Shown: one piece after another, positions 1-12,100 of the stretch
Numbering within the stretch: the first letter of the stretch is position 1
Layout of the letters: each line of letters starts with the position of its first letter
NCBI GenBank assembly: GCA_964106915.2
Contig: OZ066918.1
From: Podarcis gaigeae
Taxonomy: Eukaryota
Length of the DNA stretch: 64,000 nt
Direction: 5' to 3' (one strand)
Notes under the pieces: model-generated
Databases searched by the model: none
Told to the model about the DNA's origin: nothing
Seen by the model: only the letters and a program-made list of their open reading frames with translations
Made by a program: the position numbers and the translations under genes

Positions 1-1038
1 AAATAATATGTTGCTTTCTCTTGGTGCCCTTAGGTAAAATGGAAATAAAATTGAATGAGGTCTAAATTACAGAAGCTTGAAGGACCAGTAAAATTTGAGA
101 ATGAGCAGTTTTAACTGTGAGGCCTGAAATGAAATGAAATTGTTAACTGCATAATTATTTCTGGGCTTTCCCCTCGAAGCATGTGATCATGATGAGGCCT
201 AGATGCTGATACTAAGCCCAAATAATATACCATGTTATTTACCATGTTATAGTTTCTCTTCTTCCCTCTCCCCTGCTGCATCTATTAGCTGGCAATAGCA
301 GGTGCTTGCATACTCTTATGGTGCATCAGTTTTCAGCTCCATTTTTATTCTACATATACTTTGTAACAATTGTTTGAATAAATGCAGAATGATTTATATC
401 ATATACTGCTTTGTTAATTGTTAAGTAGCACATTATATCTTTAAATGGTTAAGTTACAGTTTGATACATCAGCCAGTATTGCATTTATTTTCCTCAAAAT
501 GTTTCTTCCTTGGCTTCAAAAGATCCAGAATTCATCTATATTTAGCATCAGATCATTAAGTCTGCAATGTGGTTTGAAAATGGCCTGTGATCTGGCACAC
601 CAAGAAGTCTTGGCATAAAGCATACTCCATCCTTAATTTCCTATAACTGAATATACCTATTAGCTTTAAGGCTAGGTTTTTATTATTGCTCTCAGTTTTA
701 TGTTCCAAGTGAAGAGTTGCTGAAGACTCCATTGCTTTGTTGCTTTGGATCTATCCTGCCAAGTGTGTGTTAAGCCACATGTAGTAAACATGAGCTATAA
801 TATTCTTTGGCTCTAAACTAAAGTAAAGTTGAACCTTTTCTGCATTTGAACAGCAGCTCCTATATAAAAAGTGCATGTGCTGTATATTGGGGTGCAAGGA
901 AGAGCCATTTCCCCACAAGCTTTGACTTACAGGAGGAATTCCTTAGTGCTGTTAAACCCCATGTTTGACCATGATGAGACTGTACTACCCACCCACCCCA
1001 AACTAAGATGTCCTAATGCTTAAATCCTACATTTTCAG

Positions 1039-3150
1039 CTGCTCTTGGTGTTCAGCAACCATCCTTACTTGGAGCATCTCCTACAATATATACACAACAA
1101 ACTGCATTAGCAGCAGCAGGCCTCAGTACTCAGACACCAACAAACTATCAACTCAGTCAGACAGCTGCTTTACAACAACAAGCTGCAGCCGCAGCAGCCG
1201 CATTACAGCAGGTAAATGGAACTGCATCTGCTGACTCCTATTTTTGTGCAGCCAGTGAGTGGCAACTTCAGTAAAACAAGCCGAGGTCCAGATAAACTTT
1301 ATAATCTGCTTTGAGATTTTTATTTGTAAAATGATTTTACTATTGTTTAGATACTGAATGCTATATAGTTTTTATGTAGTCATGTCTAGGGCTTTCTTGT
1401 CGTAATTACACTGAGCCTCTGTTTGGTGTTCTCAAAATATCACATACCCTCAGAAATAGGGAAATCTTTTTAGTAGGGACAAATGTTATTTGTTAGTGTC
1501 TTTCTCTAACAATGCCGAAAAAGACGTTGGAAAAGCTAATAAAACACTAAATCACAATTCTGTAAACTAGAGTAAAAACTAGTGATGCATCAGATTTTAA
1601 TGCTTAAAACATTTTTGGAGAAAGGTAGGTTTTTAAGGGATTTGGCAAGTACCTAAACACATTCACGTACCCCTTAGTGGCTTTCCCTAGTTCTTAAGTA
1701 TGTTCGTGGTTATTATTATCATTTGTTAGTCACTTTATACAAAACTCTCAAACATATGCTGCTGGTATAGCATAATTTCGTTCCTCACAGTATGATCTTC
1801 ACTATAGCAACATGATTGGATTTGGCTACGTGATGATGTCACTGAAAGTACCACAGCCCTCACATTGCTTTTATTCTTGAGGAAAAGAAGAAACATTTGC
1901 CTGTTGCGAAAGCAATTAGTCTGATGTTCCCAGCCAAACGATGCTGGTGATTTCTTGATGCACAGTACTGGCAAGCAATGACTTGTGTCCTGATCCAGTT
2001 CTATTTATATATTAAATTTGTACCCCACCTTTCATAGTTATGTGTGACCAGTTGCAACAGAATATAGATGAGAATGTGCATCCTATTGATACTGTAGTGT
2101 AGATCAACTGCAGCTGCATGCAGATGTTGTCCTTGCCACTGTTTTCAATGGGATGTATTTCCAAATGTGTGGACATTCTCTTATAACTAGCAAACAGCAA
2201 ATAGATTTGAGTGAAGGAGTGTTGGCCTAATTCACCTTCACATATTTGCAAAGTGGTGTGAAAAATTGCAGAAAAGTAGGGGGCACTCTTCACAGGGGGT
2301 AAAAAGGTTCATGCAAGGCTCCTTTTGCTTGCCACTAATAAAATCATTACAGCATATCTGTCCCCTGTGGTTTAACCCAAATTAGGTCAAACTAGGATGT
2401 GTTAATGAACTAGAATATTTAATCCGCAGCTGGCATAACTGGGTGTTGTGATCTTGCGAAGCTCCTGTTCATTTCATTAAGGCTTGCTTATGGATATTTC
2501 ATAGCAGATTGTACTTGGCATTTGTTAATTTAGTTCATGTTGTAATATCTAGACTGATTTTTAAAAAACAATAAATGCTTTTCAGAGAAGATACAATACT
2601 GTTTTGTTCAGCTGATGAAATAATAGAAATGCAAGTATCGTCTTTTTTGTCTTAAACTTTATTTCTACAGTTTGGTTTTGCCATATTTACATTTCTCTGA
2701 GATTGTAGTATACAGATATATCTTTTTGGAGTACTGTCTAGTTATCAATTCTGATTCTGTTTTTCAGCAATATTCACAACCACAGCAGACCCTCTATAGT
2801 GTACAACAGCAGGTTTGTTCACCTCTTTGTGTGCATATTGTCAGTCTCTTATTTGCTCAGTCTGAATTGGTCCATAGTCTTCCAGTTCTGGATGATAGCC
2901 CAAAAATGTATTTTAGTTTTATGTCGTTAAATACAGAAATGATTGAAATGTTCACATTAACTGACATGTAAAACCATTTGTCCACCAATATACCTCCCTA
3001 CTTAACATAGCTTCACTTTAACATATCCTCCAACACTCATAACGTGGTGGAGGATTCAACAATGAAGTCTTATATTCCTCCTCCCAGTGTCACATCAGAC
3101 TGAACAATTTCAATATATGCTAACAAATTGTAAGACCATGTACATTTTTT

Positions 3151-3188
<38 letters not shown>

Positions 3189-6100
3189 AGCATATTTTCC
3201 CCACCCAAATAGCTACCTTCTCATAGTGGGTTGTATCCAACCGCAGACTTCTGCTTGCTCAATGGAACTTTCCCCTCTTATCTCTTTCAGCCTCCCCAGC
3301 CCACAACCTCAGAATCTGCTCCAGAGGGTTGAAAGACAATTCAGAGCAGATTCTGAGGACATGTGGGGAGACGAAGAGGAAGGGAAAGTCTCACTGTGAG
3401 CAGATCTCTGCAAATGCAGTGTGATATGCAACCCTATGTGTGCAAATGGCTGTGCCCTTATATTTGAATCTCTACAGAACCGTAGTGACTTAACTAAGGA
3501 ATCTTGGAAACTGTTTTTCTGCTGTGATGAAACTGATCTATATTGTTGTCAAAAAAAGGGTCATTTGCTGGGTTCTTTGAGAAGAGTAATGAGGAGACAG
3601 AAGTTGGTCTGAGTATGGTAATGAGGGAAGTGGATGTACCCCAACCCTCATATATTGTCTTGGATACTAAGAAGGGGGAGGATTGGTCTTGCCTTATCCT
3701 TTGTATCACATCTTCCCCTTGAACCTCAGCCACTGGGGCAATTCAGAATGAGCCACAAAATAGAGGCACATTATAATCTAGAATTTGTGGATGGGATAAC
3801 TATATTGGTGGTGTTGGAAAATGTGCTTTCAAGGACTCATCTTTGGACAATAGACATCTGCTGTTGATACATGGCGATCTTGCCCTGCCATTGCCATTTT
3901 TAGTCTTGATTCATCCCGTATTACATAAAAGGGAAAATTCTAAACCCCAGCCACTGGTCTGTGTGGTTTTATGGAGTTGTGGAGCCACTGCTGTATCCAC
4001 AGCCCTACCATGTCAGGGCAAAAGTTGTGGGGGTAGGGTGATAGCTGCAGGAGCCTGAACATGACGCAGCCTGATTCCATCACACAATGGTAATGATATC
4101 TGCTCAGGATCCAACATACCCTGGGCCAGCTCAGCCCACCCCACCTCCAGAATACTCTATTTTGGAACCTTCGGCTGGCTTCTGCTGGTGGAGGTCATGC
4201 TAGTAAAAGGTAAAGGTACCCCTAACCGCTAGGTCCAGTCGCGGACGACTCCAGGGTTGTGCACTCATCTCGATCTATAGGCCAAGGGAGCCGGCCTTAG
4301 TCCGCAAACAGCTTCCAGGTCATGTGGCCAGCATGACTAAGCCGCTTCTGGCAAACCAGAGCAGCGCACGAAAATGCCGTTCCTTCCATACACCCATTCT
4401 GGCAGCAAAGTGATTCTTCTGTCCTCCTGGTGGTGGCAGCCGGTGGAAGACCAGAATTGCTGAGCAGAGGGACACCACCTAATTCATCCCCTCTGAGCCT
4501 AGCACAAGGGGAGTTTGGACTACTGCAAGAGTGGAAAGCTAAGTGTTGGCCAAAACTGCATAAAGAGCAGCTATTGTATAGATAAATAATATGCTAGAAT
4601 GCAGGTATAGGCAATCATGAAAACATTTTGCAGCTATTTCTCAAAGCTAAATATGGCTAAAGAGGAAGCTGGACTTGCACAAAGCATAAAAAGTAATTCA
4701 TGGTCTTGTATTTTTTAAGTTGCAGCAACCTCAGCAAACTCTTCTAACCCAGGTTAGTTTTATTAAAGCTTTCATCACTGTATAATAAATTTGCCTGTGC
4801 ACTTGTCAGCTCTGCTTTTGTTTAAAGTTTTAAACATAATGGGACCTTTATTATGTCTCATGTAATACAGACAACTAGTAGTTCAGTCCAATGTGTTCTT
4901 TATCCCTTTGATTACCTACCCCTCCCAAGCCAAAATATAAGTGCCCTTGTAGTTCTACTGTTATAGAGAGATATTAATTTCATGTCATTAGAAGGGGTAT
5001 TTCTAATGCATATTTTCTCTTAGACTTCTGTTGATGCTTTTAAGTTTTTAGATATTTACACCAATGGTTAAGACTAGAAACTTAGGCTGCCATTCTGTGC
5101 ACACTTACTAGGAAGTAATCTCTATTGAATATGATGAAATTTACTTCTAAGTAAACCTGCATAGGATTGTGCTGTAAGTAGTATACAGATATTTGAAGAG
5201 ATTTTTCTTAGAATAGGAAAGTAATTATTTTATGTTCATAAAAAGTAGTGGACAAAAGGTACGTACAGTCCCGTCCCGTCCCCCCCCCCGCAAGGCAGCC
5301 TATATTGCACTTGAAAATTCTGAAACATTTTGCAGCAATGTAAGATATTCATTCATATTTTTGTCTGTGTGCTGGTCTTTCAGAAAACGTTTTAAACATG
5401 TTTCAATGTGCATAACCACTTTAGGGAGGTCAAAATATAGCATAGGAAAGAATAGGTTGCCAAAAAGATAATTGACACAAATTAAATAATAGAAACAAAA
5501 TTCAAAATCTGGAAATGTTCTTGGAAAACATTGATTACATAGCAACTGAAAAACAATCTCTGCTTCCAGATCATGATTGGTGCTAGTCTGAAGGCATTTC
5601 TGTGTTCTGATGTGCATTTACAGTTTTCATGTTTGAGGTTATTTTTATAGAAATACAAATAAGCCTACAGTTTGAGGAAATGATTTGGAAGAAATGGCCA
5701 CCATAATAAGCAGGTGGGGTTTTGATATATTGGTTGAACCAGCTTGTGCAACTGCAGTTTGATAGGAGAAAAATCAAGGTTTATCTGTTTTTTTTCTCCC
5801 CCAATGTAAAAAGGTATAGTTTTTTGCACTTCGTACAATGCAACTTTAGTTCAAAATAATTTTTCAGAGTGTATGGCCTTTGACACCTGAGATATGTTTT
5901 CAGACCCCACCCTATTCCTGTGGATGTAATTTTTAAAAACATTTTAAATATTGAATTTTAAATTGTTGGGACCTGATGGTGAAGAATGGGTATAAATTGA
6001 ATAAATACAAATTATTATTATCATTATTTCAGCTATACTATTTAGAAGATTGTCAGTGCTTACATAATTTCATGTTCTATTTTGCACGCAGCCAGCTGTG

Positions 6101-9100
6101 GCACTGCCAACAAGCCTTAGCCTGTCTACTCCTCAGCCAGCAGCACAGATAACTGTTTCTTATCCAGCACCTCGCTCAAGTCAGCAGCAGAGCCAACCAC
6201 AGAAGCAGCGTGTCTTTACTGGAGTAGTTACAAAGCTACATGACACATTTGGTTTTGTGGATGAAGATGTATTCTTCCAGCTCAGGTAACTTAATTTTAC
6301 CATACGTGGACAAGTGATGATCCTGATAAAATGCATGAGAAATAATATAGAGAAAGAAGTTTATCAAGAAATATGGTAGTGTGACATCTAATCATGCGAC
6401 TCTTTTCATTTTGCAGTGCTGTGAAAGGGAAGAGTCCTCAAGTAGGAGACAGAGTTTTGGTAGAAGCAACATATAACCCTAATATGCCTTTCAAATGGAA
6501 TGCACAGAGAATTCAGACTCTACCAAATCAGGTATATACAGCCACTCAGTCTGACTCTTGTCGGCACCTTTAGTGTAAAGCTGATTCACAAGTTGTTCCC
6601 TTTTTCTTCCTCATTAGAACCAGACTCAAACCCAGCCTTTACTCAAGACTCCTCCACCTGTGCTTCAGCCTATTGCACAGCAGACTGCATTCAGTGTGCA
6701 GCCACAGCCGCAGCCACAGTCGCTGCTACAGGCACAGATATCAGCGGCTTCTATTACACCTTTGCTTCAGACACAACCACAGCCTTTGTTACAACAGCCA
6801 CAGCAGAAAGGTATTTCTTCAGAACTTGACATATATTGGATATTTTCTTTTCCAAAAAAATGTAGAAGAATATAACTGACTGAATAGTATGAAGGCTATA
6901 TGGTCTTCAGTTTACCTTGTAGCTGTAGTGCAAGAGAGATGCTGCATTCTGAAGTCAGAACAAACCATGATTTGTTGTGATGGGAACTTCAGGCTTGCGT
7001 ATTCCTGCACACGCAGGGTATAGTTGTTAAAGCTTCCAATTGCTGTTTGTAACCACAATTTCCAATTTTATCCCAGTATGGAAAACTGCTTATACAAACC
7101 ATGGTTATTTAACCAAGTTCAATTCTCATTTAACTAGCTATGATATGTATAAACCACGCATTCCCATATTCAGATGAAATGGGAAACTGCCTTGTTGCAA
7201 ACTGCAACAGGAAACCTTGTGTGCAAAAGGTGGGAATGTAGCTTATAAACCAGACATTCACCATAGCACATTCTCATGATGTTAAACTGGTTTATTATAG
7301 CATTGGAATGTAGAACTCAGCCACACATTTTGTAATCAAGGTTCTCCTTGGATATGCTATGATTTTGTTTATAACTATAGTCTAAACTTTGTGTTGCCTG
7401 TTAGTATCCATAATATATATGCATTTTAACATCAGCTGTAGAATACCATGCTTCATCCTTCTAAAGAATAAAAATGAGCCCCTCCACGGGCCTCCATTAA
7501 GAACAAGGTACCTTTAAGAAAACGTCGTAGCACCAGAATTCATAATCACTTTGTGGTTACTTCTTGCATAAAATAGGTTGGCATTAGGGCTGGTAAATTG
7601 ACTAGTTCTGCGGTTTCTGAAGAGGTAAATAAAAAAGATGGGTGTCATTCATATAGAGCCTTAACCTTCAAGAGAACCTGTTTAGTGTCTACATAGAAAC
7701 TGTTGATGTTTTGGACTTTACTTGAGCAATCTGAACTAAGGGGAAGTTACCTTGTTTGGTTTGGTTTTGAATCTGTTTTGCCCGCATGTTCTTTCTTAGG
7801 CCTCCTTCTGCTCTGTGGACTTTGTATTTGCTTGCACTATTTCTGAGGCTCATCCTGTTGAGTGACATCTGGCACAATTGCATGCTGTTACATGCTCTGG
7901 TAGACATTTTCTTGAGTACTGTTGCTCAGTCTTCTTTCCTACAGCTTGAGTCAAATCTAGACCTCTTTTTCTTTGCTGCAGAGAACTGTGGATTGCCCAG
8001 TTGATGAGAGTAACCTCTATCTGTTGTACATGTTGTAGTTTATGGCATTGCCCTCTCACAGTGCTTAATGAGGCAATCATTGCGGAGTTATAGCAACAGA
8101 AATGATAGATTGTTGATGATTTGAGGGCCAGTTCAGACTACTGGGCAATTATTTGTGACCCTTTCCCCGCATCTTGTGTGTTCTTGTGAACAACTGTAAT
8201 GCTTGAGGGCAAGCTGCATGTCTCTGGATGCTTACTGATTAGCAGTGACTCTCCAGCATGTAGTCACTGCCTGATTACGTCCACTTGCTTCCCTATCAGA
8301 TAGTGAGAAGTGTTAAGCAGGGGGCACGTGATGGACAAACAGCCTCAAAATGAGGACTGGCCTTCAGAATAAACACCAAGAGCAGTATCTTGTTGAAATG
8401 GACACTGATTTACACCCCACATTGCTGGAAACTGAATGGTTGAGTCAAAATCTTCCAGCCTGTTAATATTTTCTGAGTAATGTAGGTTTAAAGCATTCAG
8501 TCAATATAATGTTCTCTTGAACCATTTTGTTCAGAGTTGTGTCCCTCCCCTTGAATTCTGTTAAAGTGAAACTAGCAGCATATCCCAGTATGATGAGGCT
8601 TGCATTGAGGAAGAAAAATTCATCATCTTGCCTATATAATTTGAAGGGTTAAATGAATGCATCCCATTGGATTAAATATGAGAAACCTTATGTTGCCTGT
8701 TGTTATTAGATGATTGTTGGATTGCTGCCACATTCATTTCTGCAAAACAAATGAGCAAATGTTCTATCCTATAAAAAAGCATGAAAATGGATAGTCCAGC
8801 AAATAAGCTACATTTTTGTGTTATAATTTGCTTACTGATATGAAATTCTTAAGAACTTGTGGGATTTCTTCCCCCTCCTAGCTGGTTTGCTACAGCCCCC
8901 TGTTCGGATAGTTTCACAGCCTCAGCCAGCACGGAGATTAGATCCACCACCCAGATTTTCGGGGCGAAATGACAGAGGAGACCCCATGGCTAACAGAAAA
9001 GATGACAGAAGGTGTGATACAAAAATTCCTCTCAATTTTCTGTACATATTACAGACAGCAAATAATTTAAGTATTTGAAGTCTGAATGTAAGTACTGTTC

Positions 9101-12100
9101 AGTTTTGTTAATGATGATTTGAGAATGGAAGTTCTGTATGTTTTGATGTTTGTTGCTGTTGGTTCTAGAGTTATAGGCATGTGAGCTCTGCGTTCATAAT
9201 GGTAGACGCTAAAACAAGACATTTATATTTCACACATGGTTAAGTCGTGAAAGGGAGCGTGAGAGACGTAGGTCACGGGAAAGATCACCCCAGAGAAAAC
9301 GCTCTAGAGAAAGATCACCTCGGCGAGAGAGGGAACGATCACCCCGAAGACCCCGACGTGTTGTACCCCGTTACACGGTCCAGTTTTCCAAGTTCTCATT
9401 AGACTGGTATGTTGTCTTGGTGTCAAATTGCCATTTCATATTTTTCTGTTGAAGGTATCTTACTGCCATAAAATAAGGATGCATTAAATAAATCCAAGAG
9501 ATTGAAACATAGCTTCATTTTTATTTAAAGTTACTTAATGTAACTCAGTTTTACTTGAATGTTGTTTTTTCTCCACCCACCTCCATCCACTGTAGACAGA
9601 ATATTTTGTGCAAATTAAGGAGATGTACTTTTTAAACCTTCCGCTGCACAATGACCCTCTTTGTATTATACATTTTTACAAGCGTGTGGGGTGGCTGTGG
9701 ACATTGTGCAGGAATTTTGGAGCCAGATATGTTGCAAAGTGGAGAGCTGAAACAGTTTACCTGGCAATAAAGCATTGGCTAATCTGTAAAATGTTGCAAG
9801 TTGGGTGCAGAATTCAGTACTTTCAGAATCTCAACTTTAATTTGAAAGAACATGTTTCTAACCCTTGAAGGGGTGAAAAAAGGCTTGAAAATGTGGAGGG
9901 AATGCAGTATTTTCATGACTGATATAGGCTATAGAATTTTGAGAAATCTATGGTACCTTATTATATGATACATTAAGGGTATACACCTTAATAGTGTACT
10001 TTCAGATTATCATGATAAAACAAGGAGTTTCTGCCCAACCTGTCTGTACCTCGGCTAAAGCCTGATCAGGGCTGGACTATAGTGATTTCCATTTACTCTG
10101 ACAGCTGCCTAACTGTTCAACAGCTTCTGGAGAAGCAACTTACCCTAAAAACAAAAAATGGTGTTGGTTGGGTTTGTTGGTTTGTTTGTTTGTTAACTGA
10201 TTAAAACTTTTTTTTATATTTCTGATACTTGAGAAAAGTTTAATGGCTATGACAAAAAGTACCTTAGCTTCCACAAAGGGCTGAACCAAACTTTTGTGAG
10301 TCTTGATTTTTGTTTCAAAATTTGCATGTTCTGTTTCAGAGAATGTTTCAACAAGCAAAAAATTTTTTTAAAAAAAAATTACCCAAAATAAAGTTACTGT
10401 ATTTTTCTTCCAAGATGTGGACACTAATGGCTCTGAGCTGCTTTTCAGTGATATCAAAAGTAGAAGCAAAACTATAAAAAGAGTGTTTGAGCTCAGTTCT
10501 CATTCTACATCTTGCTATAAATTTGCTTTTAAGCCCCAGCTCTTTTAATTGTTGTAAAATATATTTTCTTACTGTTTAAAGCCTTAGCTGTGATATGATG
10601 GAACTGAGACGGCGATATCAGAACTTGTACATCCCAAGTGACTTCTTTGATGCTCAGTTTACATGGGTGGATGCATTTCCTATGTCAAGACCATTTCAGC
10701 TAGGAAACTACTGCAATTTCTATGTAATGCATAGAGAGGTAGATCCTTTGGATAAGAACACTTCTGTACTGGATCCACCAGATGCCGATCATCTTTACAG
10801 TGCAAAGGTATGGCCAACAACCTAAATCATTCCTGCTTGCATAGAAATGTTTGGAAATGCTTCTTTGAAGGGATTCCCATTGTCTTCTGTGCATAGGTTT
10901 CCAGTGATGTTACCTTTGTCGCAAATCTTGACTGAACAGTAAGCTCAGTTGGACCAGATTCGGTTTCAACTATTTTTTCCCAGAGTGGGTGACATCTTTC
11001 CATGGATTCTTTAGTTGGTCCCTTGATTCATGTTGTGTGTGCATAAAATCTTGGCAAGATTGCAACAAACTGTATGTGGCAATTCAAGAAGCTTTGGATT
11101 TGCAGGCTACTTGCTAATTTAGACAAGTCTTATTTTGTGCTTTGGGCATGTTAGATGCTGTTAGAAATTTAAAATCAAGTGATGATTTCATTGATATTTT
11201 TGGATATTTAACCCTTCAAAATAGGTGTATCTTTTTTTGACTTTATGCATTATTCTAGTCCTATTGAGTTTAGCAGCTAAGTGTAAGATACCAAGCTTTG
11301 AATCATAGCTTTGTTACGTTGTCTAGTCTTTTTTTTTTTGGTCATATTACTTTAACAGGTGATGCTCATGGCCAGTCCTAGCATGGAAGATCTCTATCAC
11401 AAATCATGTGCTCTTGCTGAAGATCCACAAGAGCTCCGGGATGGTTTTCAACATCCCGCTAGACTCATAAAGGTAAAAATATGCATTTCTAGCAAACAAA
11501 CATAAACTTAGAAATTTTGCTGGAAAATTGATGCAGGTACAAGCTTTCCACATAGTTTTCTTTATGTTGGGGACATAGAATTCCTATATGGACACAAATA
11601 ATTACTTTTGAAATGTGTTTTATATATTATTCTTACAGGAGGCCCCCTGTAGTCTCCCATTCAAATTATTAACATGGTTTGCATGTGTTTTGCTCTCAGC
11701 ACTGCTGAAGCATGTAGTCTTCCAAACCATTCACAGGACTAGCTTAAAAATGGGCTTAGATCTGTTGCATTGGAGAAAGCCCTTTCCTTGTGAATGAGCA
11801 GGAGGAGAGAAGGTTCTCTCCAATTCCCCCTGCTCCCAAACTGCTCTGGATCTTCCATGAGACTTTGTTCACACAACAGAATCTTTAGATCCATGCTAGT
11901 CCGGTGTTTTTTGCGTCTTGAAAGCAAATAACATCACCTTGAGAGAAATTGGGGGGGGCGGGTTTCCCATAGTCAAAACAAAAAAAATTCCTTCCAGTAG
12001 CACCTTAAAGACCAGCTAAGTTAGTTCTTGGTATGAGCTTTCGTGTGCATGCACACTTCTTCAGATACACCCATAGACACCGTGAAACCATCAGTATAAT

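Noticed and set aside
6314-6400. Other RTGATGA C-box-like words (about 6314, 8590, 9111, 11179, 20171, 57228)
   Set aside because: No properly spaced CTGA D box with a terminal stem or rRNA-complementary guide, so no additional snoRNAs are supported.
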